Shown: one piece after another, positions 49,801-61,300 of the stretch
How positions within the stretch are numbered: the stretch's first letter is position 1
Layout of the letters: the number at the start of each line of letters is the position of its first letter
Source: Amoebophrya sp. A120
Lineage: Eukaryota > Protista > Dinoflagellata
Assembly: GCA_905178155.1 (NCBI GenBank)
Contig: CAJINV010000004.1
Coordinates: 10,072,381 to 10,136,380 of the forward strand
Length of the DNA: 64,000 nucleotides
Reading direction: 5' to 3'
The notes under the pieces: model-generated
Databases searched by the model: none
What the model saw: only the letters and a program-made list of their open reading frames with translations
Told to the model about the DNA's origin: nothing
Made by a program: the position numbers and the translations under genes

Positions 49801-51586
49801 GGGGAGGGGGGATTTTTCCTTTTGATAGCGGTCCCAGGAGCTCCAGGAGTTCGTCTACTTTGGGTCCGACCAACCCGCGGAGTTTGGGCCGCCGGCCGCG
49901 GCCATGGCCTCGCAGCAAACCGTGATCGCGCAACCGATAATTGGCGCGATGCTGGCGGAGGAGGAGAATGTTGGGGAGTACAAGGCGTATTTAGATTCCG
50001 AGAAAGAGCGGCTGGAACAGGAGAAGCGGGAGCACGAGTTGGAACGCCAGCGGTACGACGAAAAGGTGTTTCAAGACCGCGTCAAGTTCGCGGAGACGGC
50101 CGAGCAGATGGAGCGGGAGCGGAAAGACCACAACGACCGCATGCAGGAGGAAAAAAACCGGATCTCAAACGACTACCAGACCCTGCAGCAGCAGATGGCG
50201 ATCTACGGCAGCTCCCTGAACGAAAAGCTGAAAGAGGTCGCGAAGCAGGGAACCACCATCACCGACCCCAACACGGGCGAGAAGTTCACGTTGGAACACG
50301 TCGAGGAGATCAAGCGCGAGCAGCAGATCCTCCGGCAAGCGCGCCTAGAAGACCAAATGCGATTGGAGGAGCTGAAGAACCAGCGGGATGAGGCTTTTGA
50401 AAAGCATTTGTCTGAGAAAGACGCGCACCGAGAAATCATCGCGCAGCTGGCGCAGGAACGCGACGCGCTGGAGGACCAGCTAAACAGCACAAAACTGGAG
50501 CTGGAAAGCCAAGCCCGAGCTGCAAAAGACCCGGACGCCGGGAAATCCTTGTTTGGGGGTATGTCTCTGCCCACGACCGGTGGCGTTTCCGTGTCGTTGC
50601 CAGGAGCAGGAAATATGCCCTCCATCGATGTAAGCAACCCGTTTGGGAGTGCTGGTGGGGCGGCGGGTGATGCAGCTTCTACTACTGCAGCGAACAATAA
50701 ACCTGCCGAAGAGGACAAGGACTACGCGATCATATTGAAACACACACGGGAAACGAAGCAGCGCGCCGTCGCCCGCTTAGATGCGTACAACGCGAAAGTA
50801 GCGGAGCTGAAGAAGAACGAAGCGAAAATGTCCGAAAGCGAAAAGCAGAAGGCTCGGAAGGACTTAGAAAAGATGGCGAAGGACGACGAGGCCAAGTCGC
50901 GGGAGGAGCTCGACGCACTGTTGAAGGAACGGCGGGTGATCGAACTCCGCAAGGCCGCGGCCGACCGCCGGACCACCGGCCAGGCCGACGTCGCGACCGC
51001 GAAAAGCAGCAAGGAGCAAATCGCGGCGCAAAACAAGCTGTCCGAGGTGGAAATGCGGAAGCGAGCCTTGCTGGAGGATCACTTTCACGACCACGGCGCG
51101 ACCGCGGTGAACAGCAACTTGGCCGCGGAGTACGCGAACTTGCACCGCAAGTCGCAGAAACTCGCCACGAAGGCCCGGCCGGGGGGCTCGTCCGCGGCCA
51201 CGAAGCCGCTCTACTACCAGGAGCGAGAGTTGCTCAGCGCGCGGATCATTAGCAACAAACTGGACCAGATTGCTAAGGGGGAAAGTGTGTTGTCGCGGAA
51301 TAACTATTTCGACTTTTCTTCGCCGAATATTGGGGTCGTGAGGAACAACCATGGTGCCGTGCTGTCGAGCGGAGCAGGCATCTTCGGTCCAGAGGAAATA
51401 CCAGGGTCGTTTGCGCAGCATCAAAATATCAACTACATGACCGCTCGAACAGCTGGACAAGAAGATGAAGATGAAGAAGAACCTCCAGTAGAGCAGCCAC
51501 CGCCCCTGCCGCAGCCAACTCTGTTCGGACTCATGATGCGCCAAGAGGCGCAGCGGCAACGCTCCATGTCACCGAACAGAATGTAG
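31822..51586 (+). CDS. Giant IQ-motif, coiled-coil protein (~5,167 aa), probably cytoskeletal or flagellar
   Basis: Twelve introners plus one GT-AG intron; every junction is in frame; spliced length 15504 nt. IQ motifs LQKWWRNVVARR and IQANFRGKKQR; about 3,000 aa of E/K/Q/A-rich coiled coil. Confidence 0.82.
32218..32479. mobile_element. Introner family A
   Basis: DR AGCAG; join WKQ|TDE. Confidence 0.93.
33168..33402. mobile_element. Introner family C
   Basis: DR CCCAA; join EP|KVH. Confidence 0.93.
33452..33738. mobile_element. Introner family E
   Basis: TATCGTATTTAAAAACGTCCCCAC / GTGGGGACGTTTTTACATAGGATA; DR CCGGC; relative of 59219. Confidence 0.93.
34064..34266 (+). other. Canonical GT-AG intron
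   Basis: ATC|GTATTG...CCTATCAG|GTC, in frame with the 34402 ORF. Confidence 0.75.
38481..38633. mobile_element. Introner family B
   Basis: DR GTGCA; join MV|HAQ. Confidence 0.93.
41678..41921. mobile_element. Introner family A
   Basis: DR AGGAT/AAGAT; close copy of 62231-62484. Confidence 0.92.
43595..43861. mobile_element. Introner family A
   Basis: DR GCCGA. Confidence 0.92.
44959..45221. mobile_element. Introner family A
   Basis: DR GAGGA. Confidence 0.92.
46432..46708. mobile_element. Introner family A
   Basis: DR CCGCG; join PGR|AQK. Confidence 0.9.
46846..47002. mobile_element. Introner family B
   Basis: DR CCAGT/ACAGT. Confidence 0.9.
47176..47399. mobile_element. Introner family H
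   Basis: TATCCAAGAAAAAAACGTTGT / ACAATGTTTTTTTCTTGGATA; DR ACAGC. Confidence 0.9.
47718..47970. mobile_element. Introner family A (in frame, stop-free)
   Basis: DR ACAGC/ACTGC; ORF 47413-48594 reads straight through it. Confidence 0.9.
48452..49827. mobile_element. Introner family D carrying a ~1-kb nested insertion
   Basis: D-type TIRs; DR GCGGT; the two halves match 63327-63648; join EKR|SQE. Confidence 0.9.
48722..49764 (+). mobile_element. Probable 5'-truncated non-LTR retroelement (LINE/SINE-like)
   Basis: Absent from other D copies; 3' tail (ACGCCTC)3; ACGC on both sides; the peptide VPTLFYGTLW is reminiscent of LINE ORF2 C-terminal regions. Confidence 0.55.
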
Positions 51587-53282
51587 TGAAACTGATGGGT
51601 ACATCGTCATCCTCATCGTTTTTGTTTGATTTTTCTTTTTGTGCCATATAATCTTACTCCGTAATCGTAACCCGACCCGAGACGAAGTTGAAGTTGTTCC
51701 ATAGTAAAGCCTACCCGCAAAGAATAAATAAATAAGTAACCCAACCCACCGACTACGATGAAGCCCATCTTCGTGGTCGTCGCTTTTCTTCATCGTGCAT
51801 CATACATCATACTTCAATTTATTTTTCATTTTTCGGATTATAGCAAGAGCAGTAGAACAAGAACAGCAGCTCGCTTGCGTAGTTTGAGTTTCATAGCAGA
51901 GTAGTTTCAAGTAGAACATGATTTTATTATAAAGCACAAAAGTAGCAAGACAAATTTTTTTTTAACAATGTGACAGATGATCATCGCCATCATGCAGTAG
52001 TAATAAATCCAGTACACGTATTATTCATTGCCAGATTTCCTCGTTTCTGATTCGTGATGGTATTCGCTCGCTTATTTAAACATTTTTTGCAAAAAAGTAA
52101 GACGTATTCGTTTTCATTGACATTGAAATTTGATCCAGTTCCTCGAGATTTATTGCGTACATAGCACGTATTTGACTTGACTTTAATATTTTATCAACAT
52201 GAGCTCTAACTTTTCTCGTTTTGCATACGATTTCATATTCATATTACTTTCTCGCTTGTCATAGACTCAGACCACTATATGTGACCAATATCAAACACAA
52301 TAAACTCAAATCATGTACACATCTCAGGCAGCATTGGGATAACCTCCCTGCATGCCCACGACAAAACACGCAGCAATGCTGGATCGAAGTCAAATCCGAC
52401 AAGAACACGACGCTGAAGTAAAAAAGAAATGCTGTTTTCGTCGTTTTGAATGTAGTTTTTTTGCAGGTGCAAACTTTTCGTGATGCACCTGTAAAAAAAC
52501 TACTTGTCCATCTTCGTTGCTTTATTAGGGAGTACAACAAATTGTGGTCTGCAGCCAAAGATGAACTCCCGGAAGATGATCTCAGGCTCGATCACGTACT
52601 ACATCATAAGAGGTCAAAAAATAATGCCCGAAAATGAAAAAAGTAGATCAACAACAAAGTCGGTGAATTGAAGCGCGGTGGAAGATCGGTAGGTGTTTTG
52701 TGATCATCAAATAAGTGCTCATAGTTCATCACACAAAGCCCACGATCCTTCTCGACGAGATGTTAGAAGCTGTTCGAAATGAAGGAGCCCGATGATGAAG
52801 ATCCGCCGTTGAATCTGTATGAAGCCTGAGACACTGCAGTAGGCGCAGAACGTTCACAACCTCAATGGGTCGATGGGGTGAAGAAAAAGTTAAAGTGTCA
52901 TCGAAACAGAAAGTGCACGAGAACGTCGACATTCTCATTCGCGCAACATTATTAAAGTCCAACGTTGCGGGAATCTTTTTGTTTACCTTTTTGCCACGGA
53001 AGATAAACTGATTCACAGGACAAAATCACACTTGATTTTATCCAAATTTATCAAAACCAAAAGGAACTTTCTTCAATTTCAAAACCGAAGTGCCAGTATT
53101 TTTTCACGTAAAGTAGCAGGAGGTCGCTACACATTTATTCCGTACTAGTCTACAACAGTAGGAATTTCTTTTCCGTTTCTCACGGACAAGCCTGGTCAGT
53201 AAAAACTCAAAAGTTTTTTCCTTTCACCACAGACGAATCAAAGTCAATCTTTTTTCGCAAGACCAGTCCCAGTCGAAATAAA

Positions 53283-54215
53283 ATGACGCGCTTGATCGGC
53301 GTTGCAGTCCCCAACTGCTGGGTGGCTTCCGCTTTCGTTTTGCTGACCTCGTTCTCTGCTTTGCTACAGCAGCAATGCTTGGTGGCAGTTTGGGCTCTAC
53401 GTCCTTCGACGCGGGCCAGGTCCCCTTTCAGCTCTCCGTCCGGTCGTCGGGCCGCGCGAGGGCGTGGACAACCGCTCTTGTCACCTCGTCACCAGCAGGA
53501 CCGGCAGGCGGCGGGAAGTGCCGCGGCACAACGAGGAGAGAGCTTTTCTCCTGAGGATGTTGATCTCGAGGCTGGTGGGCGAGGCGGTACTACGGCAGGT
53601 AATCTTGCTGCTCATGGCAACGTTGTTGACCACCCACCTGCTGTTGTTGAGCGTGGAGGTCCTCCTGCGGGCACGCCAGAGCAGGGAGCACCGACCGCTT
53701 CTCGCCACGCTGGAGTACATGAAGGTGCAGATGCGGTAGGTCTGCCTGCTGGTCAAGCGGAGCTGCTAGCGCCAGCCGCGGAGGTAGTTCTAGTGAATGA
53801 CGCAAGAAGAGCAAGAGACGAAGGACGAGCAGGTGCGGAAGGAGAAGGGGCGCGACGGGTGCCACAGCGACTCGCCGCTATCGAGCGGGAATTACAGCGG
53901 CTCGAACGCCACCAGCGCGATATGGAACATATGGCCGGAGGCAACCGGATGGTCCGCAACGGCGCGGCAGCTACTGCAGTTCTAAGTGCAGCCTGGGGCG
54001 CGTATCTTGGTGGCACCGCGGTCGGTGCTGGCGCGGCCGTGTCGGGCGCGTGCTCCGCGTACACGGCCTGTCATGCCTATCTTGGGCAGCAGCACCAGCG
54101 CGAAGTGCAGGCCTTCGCGCGAGAGCAGAGGGACTTGATGGAAGAGAGAGATCACTTGCGGGCGCAGCTAGCTGTACTACAAGAGGCTCGTGAACGTGAT
54201 GAGCCGGAGCCCTAA
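53283..54215 (+). CDS. Putative secreted or membrane protein, paralog 1 (310 aa, intronless)
   Basis: N-terminal hydrophobic leader, disordered linker, coiled coil, Gly/Ala-rich hydrophobic segment, coiled coil. The frame is conserved with paralog 2. Confidence 0.8.
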   Translation: MTRLIGVAVPNCWVASAFVLLTSFSALLQQQCLVAVWALRPSTRARSPFSSPSGRRAARGRGQPLLSPRHQQDRQAAGSAAAQRGESFSPEDVDLEAGGRGGTTAGNLAAHGNVVDHPPAVVERGGPPAGTPEQGAPTASRHAGVHEGADAVGLPAGQAELLAPAAEVVLVNDARRARDEGRAGAEGEGARRVPQRLAAIERELQRLERHQRDMEHMAGGNRMVRNGAAATAVLSAAWGAYLGGTAVGAGAAVSGACSAYTACHAYLGQQHQREVQAFAREQRDLMEERDHLRAQLAVLQEARERDEPEP

Positions 54216-55728
54216 ATTAAGAGTAAGCTCATAAGCCCAAGGTGGCACGCATCATCCTCACAACACCGAAGTCAAGTACCTTTTCGCCATTTAAAACAAG
54301 ATACATCAGGCGGGGTCGTGGGCTTCTCGTCGTGTCTTGCTTTAACCGAGGCCCGTTGAGGAGGAGCGAGGCAAACAAAAAGTCGTAAAAATTATCGACT
54401 CGCGTACAACTAAAGTTACTTTTTTTCCCACGCGGCGCACGCCGCGTGGATTTTTGGATCTTTCTTCAGATGATGAACTAAAAATTTGTATATAAGTATG
54501 TTTTCATCTTTTGCCAAGAAAAGGAAAAGCAAAGCCAAAAGTTGTCATCAAAGCAAAGCCCAGCCAAAAGTTGTGCGAGGGCGCACCAAGCACGCACGTA
54601 CATCAGAACGGCAACAACCACGACGAGAACGAGAAGCGGTAAGTAGGCTATGTAGTTCTAGTTGTCTCGTCTCGAAGATGTTAGCGACTTCTGCTACAGG
54701 TGGGGAAATGGCACAAAATCACAATGTATGACTTCACCAAACAGGAAAAGCAGATGCACTACATCTGTAATTTCGTATAAGGTTCGAAGAAAATGAAGAC
54801 AAAGGTAAAGATGGAAAACCAGCGGAAACTTTGTATGATGAATAAGTCGCAGTGTTGGAGTGGACAAGCCTAGTGGAAAGTTGTTGGAGTGCTGGACAAG
54901 CCTACTCTGAATGGAGACTTCGTGTGCGTGTTCAATTTGTTTGAGCGACTTCCCACTAGTGCTACCGGCGGAATTAAAAATAAGGTGTACTGTGCTTGAA
55001 CATCAAGAACAAGAAGAGAGAGGCATCGCTGCCGTGCGCTTCATTGTCGTGATCAAGATTCATAACTTGTACCACATGAAAGGTAAGAAAATAATGCCTG
55101 AAAATGAAAGAGGTAGATCAACAACGTCGGTGATTTTAACGGCGGTGGAAGATCGGTAGGTTTTTTGTGATCAACAAAATGCTCATAGTTCACACAAAGT
55201 TCACGATCCTTCTCGACGAGATGTTGAAAGCTGCTCGGAATGAAAGAGCCTGATGATGAAGATCCGGTTTTGAATCTGTATGAAGCCTGAGACACTGCAG
55301 TAGGCGCAGAACGTTCACAACCTCAATGGGTCGATGGGGTGAAGAAAAAGTGTGATCGAAACAGAAAGTGTACAAGAACGTCGACATTCGCGCAACATTA
55401 TTGAAGTCCTACGCTGCGGGTATCTGTTTGCTTACCTTTTTGCCAGGGAAGATAAACTGATTCGCAGGACAACATCACACTCTAATTTATCCAAATTCAT
55501 CAAAACCAAAAGCAACTTTCTTCAATTTCAAAACCGAAGTGCCAGTTTTTTTTCACGTAAAGTAGCAGGAGGTCGCTACACATTTATTCCGTACTAGTCT
55601 ACAACCGTAGGAATTTCTTTTCCGTTTCTCACGGACAAGCCTGGTCAGTAAAAACTCAAAAGTTTTTTCCTTTCACCACCGAGGAATCAAAGTCAATCTT
55701 TTTTCGCAAGACCTCCAGTCAAAATAAA

Positions 55729-56673
55729 ATGACGCGTTTGATCGGCGTTCTTGCAGTCCCCAACTGCTGGGTGGCTTCCGCTTTCGTTTTGCTGACCTCG
55801 TTCTCTGCTTTGCTACAGCAGCAATGCGTGGTGGAAGTTTGGGCTCTACGTCCTTCGCGCAGCTCCAGGTCCCCTTCCATCTCTTCGCCTTCGCGCACCA
55901 GCTCCTCGTCCAGCTCTCCGTCCGGTCGTCGCGCCGCGCGGGTGCGTGGAGGACAACCGCTCTTACAACCCCCTGTTCTCGACCAGCAGGGACTACAGCA
56001 GGCGGCGGGAAGTAGTCCCGCGGCAGGACCTGAGGTTGATCTCGAGGCTGGGGGAGGTGCAGGTTCTACGCTCGGCAATCAGATTGCCCCTGCGGCTGCG
56101 TCCACCTCAGGAGGAGGCTGGAGGTGGAGCCGGGAATGCGCTAACCATGAGGAGCGACCACATCATGAAGGTGCAGATGTGGCAAGTCTGCTTGCTGGTG
56201 CTGGTCGTCCAGCGGCGCTGCTAGTTCCAGCCGCGGCGCAGGTTCGAGAGAATGACGCAAGTAGAGATCATGAAAGACGACGCGCTGAAGGAGACGGGGG
56301 ACTACGTCGGGTGCGACAGGAGCGCCTCGACGCTATTGAGCGGGACTTACAGTGGCTCGGAGGCGAACAGCGAAAATATGAAAGATTGGCCCGAGGCGCC
56401 CGGAGGGTCCGCAACGTTGGTGTAGTTGCTGCAGGTGGCTTTGCAACGGCGGGCACGTTAATTGGTGGCACTGCTCGCGGTGCTGGCGCTGCCGTGTCGA
56501 GCGCGTGCACCGCGTACACGGCCTGTTTTGCCTATGTTGGGGAGCAGCACCAGCGCGTGGTGGAGGCCATCGCGCAAGGGCGGAGGGCCTTGATGGAAGA
56601 GAGAGATGACTTGCGGGCGCGGCTAGCTGTACTACAAGAGGATGGTGAAGAACGTGATGAGCCGGAGCCCTAA
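55729..56673 (+). CDS. Putative secreted or membrane protein, paralog 2 (314 aa, intronless)
   Basis: Same architecture; shared leader, DLEAGG motif and ERDEPEP C-terminus. Confidence 0.8.
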   Translation: MTRLIGVLAVPNCWVASAFVLLTSFSALLQQQCVVEVWALRPSRSSRSPSISSPSRTSSSSSSPSGRRAARVRGGQPLLQPPVLDQQGLQQAAGSSPAAGPEVDLEAGGGAGSTLGNQIAPAAASTSGGGWRWSRECANHEERPHHEGADVASLLAGAGRPAALLVPAAAQVRENDASRDHERRRAEGDGGLRRVRQERLDAIERDLQWLGGEQRKYERLARGARRVRNVGVVAAGGFATAGTLIGGTARGAGAAVSSACTAYTACFAYVGEQHQRVVEAIAQGRRALMEERDDLRARLAVLQEDGEERDEPEP

Positions 56674-58372
56674 ATTAAGAGTAAGCTCATAAGCTCCAGG
56701 TGGCACGCATCATCCCCACAACACCGAAGTCAAGTATCTTTTCACCATTGATTTAAAGATACATCAGGCGCCGGGGTGGGCTTCTCTTGTTCGTGTCTTG
56801 CTTTATTAACCGAAGCCCGTTGAGGAGAAGGCAAACAAGAACAAGTCGTAATTATCTACTCACGTTGTGCAACTCAAGTTGCTTTTTTTCCCACGCGGCG
56901 CACGCCGCGTGGATTTTTGGATCTTTAGATGAACTAAAAAATTGTATGAAGTATGTTTTCATATTCATCTTTTTCTTTTGCCAAGAAAAGGAAAAGCAAA
57001 GCCAAAAGTTGTCATCACAGCGAAGGCAAGCCAAAAGTTGTACGAGGGCGCACCAAGCACGCACGTACATCAGAACGGCAACAACCACGACGACAACGAG
57101 AAGCGGTAGGCTATGTAGTTCTAGTTGTCTCGTCTCGAACTCGAAGAGGTTAACGACCTCTGCTACAGGTGGGAAATTGGCACAAAATTACAATTTATGA
57201 CTTCACCAAACAGGAAAAGCAGATGCACTACATCTGTAATTTTGTATAAGGCTCGAAGAAAATCACAATGAAAACAAAGGTAAAGATGGAAGACCAGCGG
57301 AAACTTTGTATGATGAACAATTCGCAGTGTTGGAGTGGACATGCCTAGTGGAAAGTTGTTGGAGTGCTGGACAAGCCTACTCTGAATGGACACTTCTTGT
57401 GCGTGTTCATCAATTTGTTTGAGCGACTTTCCAATTCCACTACTTTCGGCGGGATTAAACAAGTGTACTGTGCTTGAAGATCAAGAACAAGAAGAGAGAG
57501 GCATCGCTGCCGTGCGCTTCATTGTCGTGATCAAGATTCATAACGTTGTATCGTATTTGTTCGATGCTTGAAGTAGATCAGTGACAGTGTTTGTCTTTGA
57601 AACCCAGAGGTTGAAGTCGTGGACCACCACCACGTGCGGCGCAGCAGCCACTTCGACCTCGCATCATGGTCCTATGTTGATTTGTTCAAGCATGAGATTC
57701 AGATCTGCTTCTTTTCATGGTGCATTCGATCCAAAGCCAGGTACCGAGGATGAAAAAGGAACCGCCATTCGTTATGTCGGGGCCTATTTTATGCATCCCT
57801 AGCTATGATCAGTATAACAGTGCTCCGAAAATCAAAATTTTTATATGATTTTTTTATTTTGAAATAGCAAGGCAGCTCCGCCGGGGAGACTTTTGCGATG
57901 TGATCTTAGTGATCTGGCTGTGGATCTTCTATCGTTAATCTACTAGGTGAATAATGAAATTGACCACCGCTCCCGCTGCCAGCTCTACGTCTATTCAGCC
58001 TCACTTAATACGCCCGAGCATCTATCTTTGTTTCTTTTTTTATTCCTTCCTCGACCAAAAAGGAAAAAATTCTTTGGCCGCATTATTTCATTTTCCAGTC
58101 CCCACCGCCACCAGACCTATTTCAATAGGTACGTCTAGGTCTACCTTTTCGTTCTTTATTCTCCAGAAGACTTTACCAGGTGTACCGCATTTCGATGAAA
58201 TAAAGAAGCTTTACTAGTTTTTACCTACCCTTTTTACGTGCAGCAGCAGAGGGGGAAAGATCGCCCTTAAAGTACGTGAAAACGTGGTTTTTAAATGTAG
58301 TAAGTACCATACTCGCACCAGCTAGACGTTGAATTTACATTTACACTACAAAGAAAATCCTTTTATTCGAAG

Positions 58373-61300
58373 ATGGTCGCAGCTCCGGCAGGGCCGACGG
58401 CGACGAATGGCACGACAACCGTGTCAACTGCATCTTCGGGCCAGAACGGGATGAAAGACCACCGGAAAGTAATCGACCTCACCAAAAACAAGAATGGCGA
58501 CACCTTGGACCCCCGCATTGCGGAGGAGTTCGAGCCGGTATTTGCCTTGGAGTACGAAAAAGTCCCGGTATCGATGGTAAAGCACAAAAAGACCGGGATT
58601 TCTATGGCGTTCTCAAACGTTACATTCTCAACTGTTACATGAATTTGTGATGCAAGAACAGCAACAGTGAAAGTGGCAACGTTGCAACTTTCGCATCGCA
58701 GATTTTCCACAGATTATCATGCTGTTTAGCCCTTCGAAAATTTGTCATGCTAAGCACCTTGATCAAGTGGAGGGCAATGGCAATTTTGCATGACAAATCC
58801 ATGTAACAGTTGAGAATGTAACGTTTGAGAATCCCATAATTTCCATCTGTCTGGCCGAGGTGAAATCGCCGTTGGTCAACGGTTACGCATTGCAAATATG
58901 TCTGGGTCTGGAAGATTGCAACTTGTCATGCTGAGTCTGGATCATGCAAAAATTTGCGTTGCATGATTACCAAAAGATGTCCACCACTTTTGACCAGATT
59001 GACAGGGAGTCTCTCATGCAGGATAGGCATGATAGACACGACCTCACAGCATTTGTCATGCTAGGTGCTGCATTCCAGGCCTGATGGGTGTCATGGAAAA
59101 ACTGCATCACAAATCTTACATTCATCTTTCAGACTGAGACATATTTGCATTTCATAGCGGTTACTTTTCCGTCCACACCGAAGCAGACGACGACTACGGC
59201 TGTCCGCACACGCTGGAGTATCGTATTTAAAAACGTCCCCAGCTGCCCATACTTGTAATGCAAATCTGCACACGACTGAAAATGTTTCTCATGCGGAGCC
59301 CCATGAGAAGGATTTTCTAGTCGTCTTTTGCAATTTGTCATGCTCCAATCGGCATGATGTACTAGATCAGTGATGCTGCTGAGCTAGCTAAAACAGCACT
59401 ACACTTTGAGTGGTTCAAATTTGTCATGCAAGACAGCCAAACCGTGTGGATTTGTCTAGCCGATTCGCCATCTTGACGTATGGGGTGGGGACGTTTTTCA
59501 ATAGGATATGGAGCACCTCATCTTTATGGGCTCGAAGAAGTACCCCTACAAGGGAATCTTGGATTTACTGGCGAACCAATGCTTGGCGCAAGGAACGAAT
59601 GCCTGGACAGACACGGACAACACGACCTATACGGTATGCAGTAAGTTTTTGTAAAACTACAAACCACAGTTCGTTGCGGGACAGTTTTGACGTACATCAT
59701 CTTGATCCGCTTTATCAAATTTTGCTTTGTATTGTATCAGGATCAGCATTCAAGTTGTAACGCATCAAGAGTGTGCTTAGAAGTACACATGCTTCTAGTT
59801 TGCATTGGAAATGCAAAAGCAAAAGGACACTGAATGTTGTAGTTCTACTTGACCAGCAAGAAGTTGCGAAATTTTGATAAAATATCAATCAGATCGAAAC
59901 CGCTGGTGCCGAGGGGTTTCTGCAGATTTTTCCGATCTACATGGACCACCTCCTGTTTCCCACCCTGACGGACAGTGCGTTTGTCACGGAAATCCACCAC
60001 ATTGATGGCGAAGGGGTGGATTCCGGAGTGGTGTATTGCGAGATGCAAGCGCGGGAAAACGAGATGGATGACGTGCTCGAGTACGAACGGCGTCAGATGC
60101 TCTTCATATGGATTGCAAAAGTATCGTACTCGTACGTAATTGCTATCATGCATGACAAATTTCTTCCCTTCTAAGGTAAAACAGCATTACAAATTTCAAA
60201 TTTGTAATGCTGAGGTAAATGTGTAATGCAATTTATACCATGCAATACTTTTGCAATGCATAGTTCACAGACCAGAACAAGTCCCTGAAATCCGAAACGG
60301 GCGGGCGGCTGCGGGAACTCCGGGACATCACGAACAAACAAATCCAGGACTACCACAAGGCCTACTACGCGCCGAACAACATTTGCTGCATCGTCTGCGG
60401 GCAGTGCGAGTTGGGGGATTTGTGCAGGGTGCTGCTGCCGGTATTGGACCGGTACCCGTTGGAACTCTTGGACCCGAAGAACCCGGCCAACGTGCTGCTG
60501 AAAGCCCGGCCGTTCTCTACCCCGATGGAGAAATTGAGGACGAACCAGTACAAGGAAACTGTTTTTCCCGCGGAGGACGACGAGGCGGGCGGCTGTGTGC
60601 AGATCTCCTGGTTCGGCCCCAAATGGGCGGACTTCGACGGAATTCTCGCCTGTGAAACCCTGTTGAGCTACTTCACCAAGGATAGCATCTCCCCCTTGCG
60701 AAAGCGGTTCTCCGACCCGCCGGAGGAGTTGCAGATGGAGCCGCTCTGCGCGACGGTCGGGTTCGGCAAGCTGGAGGTGTCAGAAACGGTCTTCACATTG
60801 GAGCTAGAAAACATCAACCTGGAGAACCTCGGGCTGTACCTACACAGTACTACTGCGACCTCCACCTCCGACGGAAGCAAATCCAAATCGCCAGGAACTA
60901 CAAACAAAATCGACGAGGCCGTCGTGAAAGTATTCGAAGAGGAGGTCGACAACTTGGATTTGCAGCGCCTGCGCTCCTTGCTAGAGCTGGGCAAGCGGAA
61001 GCACCTGCAACGCCTCGAGGGGTCGCCGCACGATGCGTACAGCGACTTTCTCATTTCCGAGTTCCTGTTCGGGCCGTCGTTTGACCACCACAATGACGTA
61101 GATGTAGAGGGGAACAAGAAGATGACGACCAATGGGACAACTTCTCAGGAGCCCGGGTCCGTCCTCCTAGCCAACATGTCGAAGATCGAGCGTTTCGACC
61201 GGTTGCTAGCCTGGACGGACGAGCAGTGGAAGCAGGTTTTGCGTTCGGTTTTCATTGACAACCAGCGGGTTTGCTTATTTGGGAAGCCGTCCAAGGAAAC

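Larger units (their letters stand above)
52611..57545. repeat. Tandem segmental duplication, ~2.47-kb unit x2
   Basis: 52611-55080 aligns with 55081-57545, including upstream region, CDS and downstream region. Confidence 0.92.
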
